A stretch of 63,854 nucleotides of DNA, counting the filler, from Lenisia limosa (lineage: Eukaryota; Protista; Breviatea), in NCBI GenBank assembly GCA_001655205.1. It is 7 parts of 7 records of this genome, joined end to end, with 100 filler letters (N's around TTAATTAATTAA, not from the genome) between each part and the next. Parts side by side here need not be neighbours in the genome. Positions count along the whole stretch, not along the records: positions 1 to 6,338 come from LPNZ01011697.1; positions 6,439 to 21,140 come from LPNZ01006828.1; 5 more parts are not named here. One strand, 5' to 3'. Made by a program: the position numbers and the translations under genes. Every line of letters begins with the position of its first letter. Position 1 is the stretch's first letter. The notes below the pieces were generated by a model. That model was not told the DNA's origin, searched no databases, and saw only the letters and a program-made list of their open reading frames with translations. Shown piece by piece: positions 1 to 14,330 of this stretch.

Positions 1-158
1 GACCATAATTGTATAGTATTTTACCCTTAGGGCACCACCCCGTGGCGAGCTGACCCAAAAGTTCAACCTGGATTGGACCAGTATCCCCCATTCTATACAC
101 CTTCCTAGAGCTGTTTTTTTTGGATTTTTGAAACCTTTTTCAAAGAACGTAGTCCAAA

Positions 159-2470
159 ATGGCAGTTCGCATGGTAAATCAAAATGCTGATGTCCTTGGA
201 AATGGACGAGCCCTCCAATCCAACTGCAATGCTGCCAAGGGGCTAGCTGATGTCCTTCGTCCTTCATATGGTCCCAAGGGATCTCACAAAATGTAAGTTT
301 TCACGAATTGCTTTTGTTTTATTTCCCGTTTAGGCTTGTTTCTGGTGCTGGTGATGTCAAAATTAGCAAAGACGGAGCTAACTTGATTAATGAAATGGTT
401 GGGTGTTGCTTTTTATTTTTTATCAAATTTGTTTTTCCGAGCTCTGCCCTCTAAAATAACATCTTTCAGCAAATTTCTCACCCTACCGCTGGAATCATTG
501 CTCGTACTGCCGGTGCGCAAGATGAGGTCGCCGGTGACGGAACTACTGCCTCTATTATGTTCACAGGAGAGATAATGAAGCAGTGTGAGCCCGCTCTTGT
601 TGAGGTTGGTGAAATTTTCTTCTTAACTGTTCTTCAGGGATGCCATCCTCGTCTGCTCACTGAAGGTATTGAACAATCAAAGAACTTTATTCTTGAGACG
701 CTTGACAACTCCAAAATCCCTTGCTCAATCAAGGTAATGATCATCATCTTTCCTTGAATATTCTTACTCGTCTCAGGACCGTGAAATGCTTGTCAATGTT
801 GCCAAGACTACTCTGTCCACCAAGGTTGAAGAGGATCTTGTTGGTCCTCTTGCTGAAGACTGTGTCGACGCCATTCAGATCATTTACCGTGGTGAAGAAC
901 TTGTATGTTTTATCATCCTTGAAGCAAGCATCTTTAACCTTTTAGCCCCTAGACTTGTTCATGGTTGAGACCATGCATATGCGCCATCGTGCCGGATCAG
1001 ACTCACGTCTTGTCAGAGGTATGGTTATGGACCACGGACCCCGCCATCCTGCCATGCCCAAGAAGCTTGAGAACGTCATCGTCATGACTGCTAATGTTTC
1101 CCTTGAATACGAGAAGACTGAAGTTAACAGCCAGTTCTACTACAACAGTGCCGGACAAAGAGCCAAGCTTGTTGAGGCTGAGCGCACTTTCACTGATAAG
1201 AAGGTGAGGTACATCTCTTTTTGTTTTCCCTTCTGAAAAACACCGTGTTTTTTTATTTATATATTTTAACCCCCCCCCCCCCCNNNNNNNNNNNNNNNNN
1301 NNNNNNNNNNNNNNNNNNNNNNNNNNNNNNNNNNNNNNNNNNNNNNNNNNNGCGGTAAGACTTTCTGCCTCATCAACCAGAAGGGTATCGATCTCCTCTC
1401 CCTTGACATGCTTGCCAACGAAGGTTTGTCACATGCCATTCTTGCTGGAGTTGTAATCTTCGATTGTCTCATGGGCTTAGGCATTGTTGCCCTCCGTCGT
1501 GCTAAGCGCCGTAACATGGAACGTGTCACCAAGTCTTGCGGCGGCTACGCTGTCAACTCTACTGAAGATCTTGTATGCTCATGAAATGTAATATATATGC
1601 TTTTTCTTCTCTCGAATCTTTTTAATTCGCAGTATCTTCAACTTACCTCTTTGTTTTTTAATTCTTCAGAAAGAGGATTGCCTTGGATTTTGCGAGAAGC
1701 TCGCTGTTCAGACTCTTGGTGAGGAGAAGTACACTTTCCTCGAGGGCGTGAAGAACCCCCATAGCTGCACTATGCTTGTCAAGGGCCCCAATGACCAGAC
1801 CATCAACATCATCAAAGAAGCCATCCGTGATGGACTCAGAACCATCGCCAACGCTGTCCAAGATAGTGGGCTATCTCTCCCCCTCCCCCTCTATATATAT
1901 ATATATATATGTTCGTATGTGCTATTCCTTACTTATTTAGAGTGTGTCATTCCCGGTGCTGGTGCCTTCTTCATTGCTGCTTCTCTCAACCTTGAGGTTT
2001 GTCTTTCCCTCGTTTAAGAGTTCTTTTCACCGTTGTAGAAGCAGATGCTTAAGATCACTGGCAAGGCACGTCTTGGGGCTGAAGCTATGAAGAACGCTCT
2101 TCTTGTTATCCCCAAGGTTGGTTGACTTGTTAAGCCTGTACCAGTCTTGGACTATTTAAACTGCTCAGGTTCTTGCCGAAAACAGTGGATTTGATGCACT
2201 TGAGACAGTGATCAACGTGTCAGAAGAGCACCGTGCCGGACTTGCCGCTGGTGTCGACATTATCACTGGGGAGCCATGTGACCCTGTTGCCGAGGGAATC
2301 TTCGATACTTACAAGGTCATCCGCCAAATGATGCAGTCATCGTGAGAGGAAATACGCACTTATTACCCTTTAATCATTATTGATGTTAATACTTTAGGAC
2401 TGTAAACGCTGTCCAACTCCTCCTTGTGGATGAGGTCATTCGTGCAGGTAAAAACATGAAACAACAGTAA
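159..2470 (+). CDS. CCT6: T-complex protein 1 subunit zeta (CCT6), multi-exon with canonical GT-AG introns of about 33-95 nt; one N gap inside
   Basis: Spliced translation gives [140 protein letters not shown], which are zeta-subunit signature motifs. Stop TAA at 2468-2470. Confidence 0.97.
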
Positions 2471-3182
2471 TTTAAGGTCTAAAATTCGTAATTGTACACT
2501 AGTAGTCTCATGTGAATTTATGTATGTAGTATGAGACAATCCAAGTCACCACTCATAGGAAACATTCATCATAGTAATACAAGATAAATACGCCTGTCAC
2601 CACAGACAATAGTTAGGATACAGATACAGAAGAGGATGAGTCGGAATCAACAAGATAGCTTTTCTAAGAAATAAAAGGAATCATAAATAAAAAAAAACCC
2701 AAACAAAAACAAAGTTGCTCACAGAGGTATGTCGAGACAACACAATTTCACGAGGAGAGAGCTCATTTGGAATTATAATTTCGGTGCCATTTGGAGAGTC
2801 TGAAGAGTAAGATAGTACNNNNNNNNNNNNNNNNNNNNNNNNNNNNNNNNNNNNNNNNNNNNNNNNNNNNNNNNNNNNNNNNNNNNNNNNNNNNNNNNNN
2901 NNNNNNNNNNNNNNNNNNNNNNNNNNNNNNNNNNNNNNNNNNNNNNNNNNNNNNNNNNNNNNNNGTCTTGTACCATGGATTCAGAGTTAGATGCAGACAT
3001 CAAAGGATGTATAATAATATTATCGTAAATATTGTTGATAACGTCCTCAAATCTGAACGGATTATAAGTGGCTCTGTACATGGCGATGTAAAAAGTTGAT
3101 ATCACTGTGTCATCCTTGTGACTGGACATTAGCGAGCAGAGGAGCGGCATTTGTACCCAAAGGTAGACCGGCCGTTTAGTAT

Positions 3183-3862
3183 AATATGTGTTTTTAAAGC
3201 TCCGGACATCATTCAAAATCTCCGGACACATCAAAACTCCCGGACAGCTTGAATTTTCCCTATAAAAGTACTATAAACTTCATTTTCATATTATTTTCGA
3301 AAGTAATCTCAGTCATAATCACAGGATTGAATGCGGTAATTACATATTCTTGGCTCAAACCCAAATTAAGTGGCTACCCGTTTGCGGCTGTTAAACTGCC
3401 AAAAATAATAAAAACCGTTATAATCGGCCACATTCAAGGAATAAATGGCAACTATCCGGAAAGTTTGCCCTTGTAGAAAGCACTATTTTGAACATTTTTC
3501 TCTCAAAATTCACCATCACATAGCCAAAGCAAGGGGGAATCCATAACCAATTACTCCGAGGGGTACAATTTTTTGTTTCTTAACACTAAAAGAGGGATAG
3601 ATTTAGAAAAAAATCCCGTGAAAAGGCAAAAGGGGCCACCCCCGGGAGACCAAATTCACGGATTTTTGACACTTGCTCAAAAATTGAAAAAAAAAGTTGG
3701 GGAACATTAAGAGGTCATTTTCTCTATATATATCTGACGAACCAGTTTTGTATTAAACACTACCGTTGACCCATACAAGGGATCAACTTCAAGCTGTCCG
3801 GGAGTTTTGATGTGTCCAGTGAATTGTGAATGCTGTCCGGGGCTTTGAGGACCCACATATAT
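3183..3862. mobile_element. Non-autonomous DNA-transposon-like element, ~680 bp, with ~70-75 bp imperfect terminal inverted repeats
   Basis: 3183-3253 (...ggacacatcaaaactcccggacagcttgaa) is the reverse complement of 3788-3862 (ttcaagctgtccgggagttttgatgtgtcc...). No credible ORF lies inside. TSD not resolved. Confidence 0.7.
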
Positions 3863-4151
3863 CTACAACTATAGTAATTACATATACTATATAGTATATA
3901 TAGTAAATCGATATTTACACTTCCTAGGTGACACCCAACATCCCATCATGGGTCAAGTCCCAATCTGTCTGAGGACCTGTCAAAAAAACCAAAATCCCTT
4001 TTCAATCCCCTTTTATCATCTTATCAATGTTTCCTCCAAAAACACAAGATGAGTATCCCCCACCATACGTTTAAACAAGAAATGCTGTATTTAAACCATT
4101 TGAAGAGAGTGTTTATTGATTTTTGAAGTACATATATATCATATAATATTG

Positions 4152-4335
4152 TTGCTTCAATTTGGATTACGGAGCAAAGTATCCTAGACAACTAGAGCAA
4201 AGTAACCCAGACAAAGAGTCCAAAGTAGTCCAGAAAAAGAGTCCAAAGTGGAGCTAGGTATCCCAGACAAATAGAGCAAATCACCTCAAACAACCCAGAC
4301 AACTAGAGCAAAGTATCCCGGATAAATGGAGCAAA
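4152..4335. repeat. Degenerate tandem repeat, ~23 bp unit (agcaaagtatcccagacaactag)
   Basis: Repeated units are directly visible. Confidence 0.8.
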
Positions 4336-4489
4336 GCCCCAATCATTGCCTTACAAGTCTAAATACACACAGATTTCTGCGTTCCTCCCCAGCATATACT
4401 ATATGATATATACTATTTGGGACAACACCTTCAAAAGCTGATCATATCATATCATGCTATGGTTCAATATTATTATCATCAGTGATGGC

Positions 4490-6338
4490 AACACCTGCAG
4501 CCTCAAACAGGAATGTCTTGGAGTGAGCTTTCGTTTCGATGACGATCGCACGGCCTTTCGAAGAGAGGATCCAAAAGTGGCAGATCTAATAACAGTAACA
4601 CAAAGGTCCGTTCAAGAAAATAACTATCGACTGAAAATTATGAGAACAAACCGAGGAGAAAGCAGATCCATTCCTTCAGGGAGTTGGTTGTTTGAGTTAT
4701 CTATGGACAGAGTCGATAAATCAGCCGAAATTGCTGAATTGGAGGGTTCCAACTGCCCAGAGTCTTTCCAGGAAACGGCATGGGGAAACTAGGGGTGATA
4801 AGGTACTCAAAAGAATGAGTTCTGTTCGTACATAAATTTTTTTTTATATAATTTGTTTTTTGGATCTCAAAGAACTCTTTCATACTCGCTATTCAATTAG
4901 AAAACTGGCCTTTTGTCCCCAATTACTGCAGATACAGGTGTACTTATTTTTCCAAAAAAAGAGACAAGATTATGTATAATGTTACCTCTGAAACTGCCAG
5001 AAAGAAAACCAGACCTACTTGATCAAAGCTTGTAGAAGTGGGGAGGCAAGGGGCGCTGGAGGTGGGGGGATGAGATACTGTACAGGAACGACAACGAGTG
5101 GTCGGACGAAGGATGGTGCGGGGACTGGGTTGCTTGGGGGGGAGAGAAGGTGAAGGTGCGGGGGAGGGGCCTTGGCTTGTTACCAAGGAAATTCCCATCC
5201 CCCTAAGGACGTTTCCCGATTCACACTCAGCTTTGGCAGATTCCACGTATTCACTGGTGACAGCCTGTCCTGGTTCTTCAGAATCCTGAACATCTTTGGG
5301 TAATTCAGGCTCAGATGCCTCTATCAACTTCCCAGTTTCAATCTTTTCTTCTGGCTTTCGATCCGGTCCGGGATGGGAAGGCGACGACACTGGTGGTGCT
5401 TCAGCTGAGCAGTTAGCTTGGTACATGGGTGCATGTACTAACACAAACCACGCCCAATATTCCTATGGTTACTCCACCCCACCCTAACTTATTCAATTCC
5501 AGGGCTTACATGGTTGGATGAGATTTGTGGGTAGAGAGTTTGGAGTAATTGCTCCGCTTTTGATGAGAGTCGACAATCGTGCTGCTGACGGTGCAGCTGC
5601 CAATGAATACCTGAATTGTCACTCACAGACACCATCAAACCTTCGACGAGGGGGGTGCTGTTGAACAGGGGTGGTGTGAGCACTAGAAGATCTGGGATGG
5701 AGGGAAGGAAGGTCGGGGGGTATCGCAGAGTCTACAAGAATAAGTGAGTTATGTACCAACCATCTTTGGATTTCTCTGTTGGTTTCTTTTCACTAGTTAC
5801 TACAATATAAGCCAAAATTAAAGACTATTCCTACTCTCGCTGATTGGAGGAGCAACTGGTTCAGAGGTGGGTGGATCAGAATGAGTACGAGATGAGTTTC
5901 CGTGATCTGAAGGGTAAACTGGAAAATGTCTTCACAAACCCCAATTTGTCCGGACTGGCTGAAGAGGGGGACTGGATGATGCTTTTGGCTTCGGTTTGGC
6001 CTTTTCGGCACCATTCTGTCTGGACTGCTGGAAACCTCCAGCTATAGCTGAGTGTTCTTCATCATCTGGTGAACGAGTGAGATCAGAACTATCCTTTTCA
6101 TGTCTCTCTATTCTTCGCCCTTCAGGTTCCGGTTGGGTCGCGTCCCCTGCTACATTAGAGGAACACACAGCCCCCATGTAGAGTTTAACAACCAAGGGGT
6201 CACACACAGATCACGCAAGAGCTTTGAGCTGGTGTAATTCTGGGTATAATTAGCCTGCTGGAAGCAGGCCAGATCACATCCAGATCACGACCAGATCACA
6301 GCAGATCACAGCCAGATCACCTGTGGTGCTTCTAAAAA
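4490..6338 (-). CDS. Multi-exon hypothetical Pro/Ser/Glu-rich protein, 5' end beyond the segment edge
   Basis: Open minus-strand exons (5932-6207, 5489-5683, 5020-5444, ~4500-4790) bounded by GT/AG. No recognisable domain. Confidence 0.5.
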
Positions 6339-6438
6339 NNNNNNNNNNNNNNNNNNNNNNNNNNNNNNNNNNNNNNNNNNNNTTAATTAATTAANNNNNN
6401 NNNNNNNNNNNNNNNNNNNNNNNNNNNNNNNNNNNNNN
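6339..6438. other. Artificial contig-joining spacer (N44-TTAATTAATTAA-N44)
   Basis: Exactly 100 bp; the core has stops in all six frames; identical at six places in the window. Confidence 0.95.
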
Positions 6439-9400
6439 ATCATTCTATGTTATTGTTAGCGATGGGGTCATAAAGAATGAATCAAGAATAGAATACCTCG
6501 CCCGGCAACCCTGAGATTAGCTGAAATGGCAAGAGCCACATCAGTGTTGGCGGCCAGTTTCGGGTTATTAGAGATCCCGGTGGTGAGGTCAAACCACTCG
6601 TTATTGAGGTTGTGGAAGAGGCGTGAGACTTGCAGATTTCGTGTCTGAAAATGTTAGTGATGATTCGACTATGTGGTCATCATTCGGATAACAAAAATGA
6701 GGTTAGATTATATCGTGACAGACTTCTGAAGTTGGTCCATTAGATTACAATTAATACACCTCTACAAAAGAAGGCAGATCAATGCCCACCACTCACCGTA
6801 ACATCTGGAGTAACTGAGATAATGTGTCCCACAGCCTCATAAAAGGTTTGCAGCTATAGTGTTAGTCGTTCCAATAAAGACAAAGAGATGCATACACAGT
6901 GAGATGGGACCATGGCATACCTGGTGTTGCTCAAGGTCGGCAGTGATGTTGGGTAGTTCGTCCATGATATAGTTCACGAAAGGCTGGCGTTCTGAGACCT
7001 GAACCATCAACTTTGTACTTTCATAAAGGAGTAATCGATTCATTAGTTATTATATATCGACAGATCAGTGAAGAGGGCTCACCTGCGTGACCACAAATTT
7101 CCTTTTGCATTTAGAAGCAATTTTCAAGAAGGTGTCCACAGCCATTTCCTGGGGAGGAAGGGGGGGAGTTGTCAAAATAATTATTTGGGCTGATCCAGGG
7201 AAATTGAATAAAAAAGAAAAATATCAAAGAGATGTCATGTCAGTAAGAAGCCGTCAAAAACAAAACTGGCCTATGTTTTTAAAAAACGCTGCCCTGTCCC
7301 CATGTTGATAAGAGGCAATGCGATAAACGTATACCATATGAAATATCAGAACAAAGAAATACCTTGACTCCCGGGTGGTCTTCGTGCATGAATCCGAAAG
7401 AGCGTATTGTTACGGCTTTGAGGAGCTTATACTGCGCACGCAGGAATCTTGGGAACTATCGTGGTGAATATAATATATCATAGAAATAGCAATGAGAAAT
7501 AAACAGAAAGGTTGTATCTGGCCGAAGCCGTNNNNNNNNNNNNNNNNNNNNNNNNNNNNNNNNNNNNNNNNNNNNNNNNNNNNNNNNNNNNNNNNNNNNN
7601 NNNNNNNNNNNNNNNNCAGCGATGACCTTGCTGGATTTTGAGGCGCTACGATCCATGATCTGAATAATCCAGCGCAGCACTTGGATCATTAGAGCCTCCT
7701 CCTCGAATTCACCTGTATCGTCAGATTGATAAGCGATAGTCTACAACACTATTGTTGAGAACAGCCAACTCCAAAGTCAGTTTGCCTACTCAGTGTTCCC
7801 GAGATTGCTCCAAGACTGAAGCAAACAGGGGACAAACGGTCATACGCTATTTCCTGGGGGGGGGGGGNNNNNNNNNNNNNNNNNNNNNNNNNNNNNNNNN
7901 NNNNNNNNNNNNNNNNNNNNNNNNNNNNNNNNNNNNNNNNNNNNNNNNNNNNNAAATGAGCATAAAAGGGAAACAGATACCTCAAAGATAAGCCCAGCTG
8001 AGCAGACCCTTCTCCCCTCCCACCGTGGTTTCCAAAAGCTCTTCGAACTTTTTAGAGAACAGCTTGGTGGTAGCATCAGGGTCTATTTGGCACAGGTATA
8101 TCATGGTCTCCTTCATGGTGGAATAGAGCTGACGGGAGTCGGTATCCTGAGTGGCTGGTGAAGTGGCTTGGAGGAAATGATGAAAGGCAGGTTTTTGGTA
8201 ACATGTGAAACGTAGTGATCATGATACACTACATAATTGATTAATGGATTATCTTGTTCTCAAAAAATATCACTAGACAAGATTATTTGAAGGTAAAGAA
8301 TAAAGTTGCAACACGCCTCCAACTTTGATTTCCTCTCTCATAATCTCTCCAAGGTCATTTTGAACCAACAACATTTCCTCAGGCTTTTCCATTCGGGCTA
8401 AAATCTCCTTTCGAATCTAAGAGGTGAGAAGGTTGATAGTCATTAAACACAGGTATAATGTTTCATATGATTCTATTTACCAGTGTCCCTCATACCTCCT
8501 GAAGGCTGTTAGAGTAGAACAAGAGTCGTGATGGGGTCTCTTTTGGCTTCTTTGATAGTGCAGCAAACGATCCAATAGCACCCCGTCTCTAAAGCGGTGA
8601 CGGTCTTCGCTAAAATAGCACCAACAAATACGGAAAGCCTTCCAAAAAGTATGGCGATAAAGCGAGTAGGAAGTCAGGTAAACAAACCTTGCTTTTTGAA
8701 GGAGATAAGTTGTACAGGGAGAGCGTCAGAGTTTTCCAGTACTCCATACAAGTCTTGGGAGGTTAGAATAGTATTTGTATCAAATACAAAAAAAATAACA
8801 AAGTGACCACATCTTTGAGACCCCCACCCCCCTCTTTCCTCCACTCCCAAGCAATGAGAANNNNNNNNNNNNNNNNNNNNNNNNNNNNNNNNNNNNNNNN
8901 NNNNNNNNNNNNNNNNNNNNNNNNNNNNNNNNNNNNNNNNNNNNNNNNNNNNNNNNNNNNNNNNNNNNNNNNNNNNNNTTTCTGTATACCTCCCCAGAAT
9001 ATAGTAATTTCTTTCATGCATCCAATAGCCACCTGGAAAATATCTGGGTTGTCTATCTTGGTGAAGGCTACAATATAAGCCGTGGCTGAGAGTATCTGTA
9101 GGGTCAAGAAATGGTCGTAGGAATGCACTTTGTCCAAAGAGGGATTGGATTGGCAGATGACAAGCAATTGAAGGCAAAGCAAACGTGTTGTTCCTGTCCC
9201 GGAGTTTCAAGGAGATGTTGCCTGCCACTTAAGAGGGACGTAATAAAGGTCGTCAGATTTTGAATAAACTTCCGGTCGCTGTCAGTTCTGGGGTAGGGGG
9301 AGTAAAACAAAGGAAATTTCAATGAATAATATTGGAGTAAAGGTACTGATCACGAAAAGAATAATCTAAAGCTCCGAACAAAAAAAAAAGAAAAATAAGC

Positions 9401-11705
9401 AATAACAAACACGAGCAGCCATGCGGGGAGATGATTTTCTTTATATCGGTCATATATGCATTTATTATGTAATAGAATTATAATGTAACAATTAGATTGA
9501 TCGATCAGTATTAAACCCGAAGGCCCACCCTGAAGAATATGCCTCCTTGAAGTCCAAGTTCGGAAGAATAATCTTGGACAACTACAGGGTGAAAATGGGT
9601 CAAAAAGCGAAACAACGTTGAGTTAACAATCGATAATCTATGCGTACAGTGAACGGGATAAGTCTTGACCGATTTGCTATGTGATTTCCAAAGGAAAATT
9701 TGTCAAGACTTATTTCTTGATAGCCGTTCCAATCCCCTTACTCCATCCATAAAGGACACAAGCAGCTTCTTATAGTTGTCATCGTACGTACTCGGTACGC
9801 GTTGAAGTTCAACAATCGAAATCAGACATTGCAAAGCTGAATTTCTGCAGCTTACAACGGGCAGGAACTGAAAAGATGAGTGCCGATTTAACGTGTTGGA
9901 TTTACTTGTTCACCAACCTTTGTAATCAAAAGATCAACCAAATTCGTCTCAAAAATGTAGCCAAAAGGGATCCACTTGAGGAATCGGTCCAGAGTTTCCT
10001 ATTGAGTCAGGAAACTGAAATGCAAAACATGTTGACCAAAAAATTAAAATGTACTTTGAATAAAACCCGGTTACCAAAGTCACCAAAATGAGTGCTTCAG
10101 ATGTGGAGTTATCCAGCGCAAGGAAACACAACTCAAAAACCTGACTGGTCACGAGGGATATCACGGGAAGAAACAACGTAATACAGTGGTAAAATACAGT
10201 AGCTACAAACAACATAGAAGAGCACGTCTTCCCTCCGTAACAGATTTTTTCAAAAAAAAAAAAAACATTGGTAAATTCCACATTCTTTTTGGGGAAGGCG
10301 GGAAATTACTAATTATAGCGTTTGTATTATAAAGGCAATAACGATCCCTAAAGCTCAATGATACCTTAGCAAAGTCATTGTTGAAGGAGTTTTTGAGGTT
10401 TTTGATGCGTTCAGACTTGAGGCTTTCTTTCCCAAACTCAAAGATTTCTTCGCTAAACAATCAGGGTGATCATTTTGTTAAAGCAAGGTGAGTTCATGAA
10501 CATCCTCAAATTTGTAGGGCTTTATTTTGGTCCAAAAAAGACCAGTAAATCAATAGTTTTCGAGGATCAGTCATTTTTTGAACCAAAGTGAAGCCCTATT
10601 TTTGAGGTGATTGTACAACGCATCTACCCCCCACCTGAGGATTTTCAATATGGAAAGGTTGTTCTCGCACATTACTTCTGAGGTGCTGGCCGAAGCAACA
10701 ATCTCAGGAATGAAGTTACTCCACGATTGCGGCCACTCGCGCTTCACCACCTGGGGGTCACATTTCCCAAATAAGGATGTAAGTGATATTGAAAGTGGAA
10801 CCAAAAATGAGAAACTCAAAAGATAGATTATAGAAAATCCTAGCTATATTGGAAGTCCAAGCAACCTGTACGATGCAGTCATTCAACTTGGAGGAAATGA
10901 GCTCGTTCCTCCTGTACATTTCTTCACTGCCAGCAAGGCGAAGGCTTTCGCAAATTAGGTAATTTTTGAGGTTGTCCTTTTGTTCCTGAAAAGTGACAAA
11001 GTATTTATTAGTTCAACAGGGATCACAAAGGAGAAAAGAAAATTCCTAATACGATATAATACAAGTTGTTTAATAAAAAAATACCTTTACTAAAAGGTTC
11101 CATCGGAACTCTATGAAATCCTTGAGGAATCCTAAAATGTCAGAGAAATGTTATGAGCATTTAGTAAACAGAAATACCCAGCAACCAAGGATGATAGCCT
11201 TCGCATTGACACTTTGGCAGTGACGGAGAACCTGTGAGGTGACTATTGCTGCAAAAGGTACCAAGCAAAAGAAGGAATCATCTTGCACCCTACCTGCTCC
11301 ACCACAATCCAGCTTGACGGTTCATCTCTGAAGGCTGAAAGTACCTGGTTGGCTTGGAGCCTCTGAATCAAATAAACAGCGAACGGGAAAAGGGAAAGAT
11401 AGGAGGCAACAATGAGTGGGTGGGATGGGAAATTTCTATCACAATACAAACAACTCTGTTGGTGAAAGAAACGTAGGTTGAGACAAGGGGGAGGGCAACA
11501 CAACAAATGACCCCCCCCCCCCAATTATCAGAGAAAGAACATCATCAGACCTGTTCAGGAGGAGTGGTGGCACTGAACAGGCTCTCAACCACCTGGTCAA
11601 AGTAGGCTGGGTTGAAGGACTCCGCTGATATCTTATCCTATCGTGTCAGATCACGAAGCAAATGGAAAGAGATGAGCGAAGAACCCCATTTAACTATCTC
11701 ACCAT
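6439..11705 (-). CDS. XPO1: Exportin-1 (CRM1), multi-exon, 3' part truncated at the segment edge
   Basis: Exons give [147 protein letters not shown], all colinear with CRM1. Confidence 0.93.
7486..7531 (-). repeat. Dispersed 'GGCTTCGGCCAGATACAACCTT' repeat, copy A (XPO1 intron, abuts N gap)
   Basis: Matches copies at 13997, 22253, 42984 and 58148. Confidence 0.75.
9316..9380 (-). repeat. Dispersed ~60 bp repeat 'GGAGTTTCAGATTATTCGGTTCGTGATTAGTACCTTTAC', copy a (XPO1 intron)
   Basis: Matches 36242-36303, 57411-57469 and 57009-57041. Confidence 0.7.
10515..10598. mobile_element. MITE copy 1 (in XPO1 intron)
   Basis: tagggctttattttggtccaaaaaag...ttttttgaaccaaagtgaagcccta. Confidence 0.8.
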
Positions 11706-12299
11706 TTCACATTTAGGGAGACTTCTTGTTAGCCTGTAGGACTGAGATGACTGGGAGAAGTGATTCAAGTGATTCAAGATCAGAAGACCAGAGATAGAAA
11801 TGCCTGTCTTACCCGAAAGAAAAGCACAGGATGCCTCCGATTACTACGCAGTGATCTGTGTTTCTGTGTTACTCAGCCCACACTCAGGGGGTGAGATGGG
11901 GAAAGTGAAGGAAGATTGTATTGTGAACTTATCCTAATTTCCGTATTTCCTTTGACAATCTACAGTCCCAGGTCTACTTTAGATATATATATATAATACA
12001 ACAGAGCAGCAGAGAGCAGCAGTATTGAGAGAATGGGTGGATGGGCGAAGAAAAGAATCAGCCCACGAAAAGCAGGATCTCATGATCTTTTGGACAGTGA
12101 GCATCACATTCTCCATTCTCCTCCTCTACCTCCCCAATCTCAAATCTCCCAAGTCCCCAAGAAGAAAGCAAGAAAGCCCATTCACTTAAACACTTGGGCA
12201 TGCCTCCAACTCCAACCCACCAACTCAACTCCAACTAACACGATCAAATGAAAATACAACAAATACCATCATACACTACTGTACATCCAAACAGAACAT

Positions 12300-14330
12300 C
12301 TACCCATTGTAGCTGATTTTTGATGATTGTGGGGTAGCCTCGCCGCCCCGGGGTATCTCTACAACCTGCGGGGCATCTAGAACATTCTCAATGAACCTTG
12401 GGAGGTGAGAAGAGTAATGCGTGAGTAATTGTGATCGAATTAGTTGAAAGAGCGTTGATAGTAAGACAAAAGGGAATTGAAGAAGCCTCAGACCTGGTCA
12501 ACACCTTCCTGGATTGCCTAGGGTCCGAGGAGAAGTCAATGATATTATCGAGAGCGACGGTGTTGGTGAAGCGATACTTTATCAATGCTCGGTGTCGTCC
12601 TAAAAATAGTGACGAATTTCAATAATTTGATTCAAAATAAGACGAACCCGCCCACCAAGCACCCAGTGACGAACAGGGGGTAGCGCGTGGCATAGGTCAG
12701 TTAGCAGCTCCACCATTTGGACACTGTGCGTGGCTTCCTCAATCGTGGGCTGATGTTTCCTAATCTGGTAAGAATGTATCATTTTTGCCAAATTGCCTAA
12801 ATATGGCGGTATAAAAGGGAATAACCCGCTGACTCAGCCGTTTTGAATTCTAATGAAAGTCGCTTCACAAGTCCCTCCACAACAACTTCAATGAAAAGAG
12901 GCTGCGCTATCTACACGACAAGTGAGATAGAGTGGATGAGTATCAAAGGTGACTGATTGATGGAGAAAAAACCATAATTGTGTTACATCATAATAAGGAG
13001 TCTTTACATACCAGAATGTTGAAGAGTCCAGACTTGCTGTATCCGTATGAACCTTCACTCTGGTCGGTAAACAAGAAGAAAACAAAAATGAATGTTTGCA
13101 AGGTAGTGCTCTTCCTCCCACCTGGTCAATCATCAAGCAAATGTGAAACACAATATCGAAAAACTGAAAAATGATGTCTTCTTCTCTTTGTTTGACAAGC
13201 TAAATGGTAATAAACAATAGCCTAAACAAATAGTCAACGCTGCCCACCAACCTCTTGCTTAGCCTTAGGCCAACTGTCCCTTGTAGGAGACTGCACAACT
13301 CCTGTGTGGTCAAACCAAGTATTACAAATGCCAAGATAGCAGGAAGCAAGAGCATGTGTTCGAATAAATAAAAAAAGAGTCGTTAGAGCAAGAAATGACT
13401 GTTTTAACCCTCTCGGATTATTGATTCTTTTCACTGGGAAAAATACACATCATGGTACTTGTTAACCTGTTTTATTTTCACTTTGCTCAATATTCCATGA
13501 CCCTCAAAATAATAATATCATTCAGTGTTCATCCATCTTGTTCTACATTGATGACTTTATCACGACAAAAGAGAGAAAAGCTCCTACCTCTGTCTCGAGA
13601 GATGGCGTCACCAGGGTAGGGCAAGGCGAAAGATAAGATGCCACAGAGCAGGTCTTCAATTCGATAGGGCCTAGAAACTCAGAAAAAGGGAAGTTTGAAA
13701 AGAAGGAAAGATGTCATAGGGGTGACAAAATTGTGAATAAAAACAGCTATCCCATGTCATACTTTTGCATTCCCAAAAAGGAAAGTCGATCAGCAATAGA
13801 ATCTGACCCCTTCAGTTCACTTGAGAGAAGTTCTACGGAATAAATGTGACACTCGGCTATTTTGAAGGCCTCCACATACGTAATAAGGTGAGACAATACT
13901 CCAACTCGTCTTCTCTGGCGTACTGTTTCCGTCGCTCTTTCTATGGGGTCAATACAGTATACTATATAATATAGCTTATCTATTAAAAAACAGTATAGCA
14001 ATGAAAAAGAAAAATAAGGTTGTATCTGGCCNNNNNNNNNNNNNNNNNNNNNNNNNNNNNNNNNNNNNNNNNNNNNNNNNNNNNNNNNNNNNNNGGTGAG
14101 AAAGGGCCCTCTAACATCAGCAATATTGGCGAAAGCGATCATTCGAGTTGAGGAAGCCTCTGACGCGGTTGAGGTGTTGAGCCTTGCGGTGGGGGTTGCA
14201 GACTGTGTCGTCAGAGAAGAAAGGCAGGTTTGGATATATTTCATTTGCCTCTCACTGATTGAAGTGCCACTGGGGAGAGTGCTGGAACTAAGGTTGCAAG
14301 GCTCTTTCTCCTGAGTATTTCTTTGGTATC
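12300..14330 (-). CDS. Multi-exon hypothetical gene (possibly more than one gene; may extend to ~14820)
   Basis: GT/AG-bounded open exons, e.g. VEGLVKRLSLEFKTAESA, IRKHQPTIEEATHSVQMVELLTDLCHALPPVRHW, ERATETVRQRRRVGVLSHLITYVEAF. No homology recognised. Confidence 0.45.
13997..14031 (-). repeat. Dispersed 'GGCCAGATACAACCTT' repeat, copy B (intronic, abuts N gap)
   Basis: ggccagatacaaccttatttttctttttcattgcta on the minus strand. Confidence 0.75.
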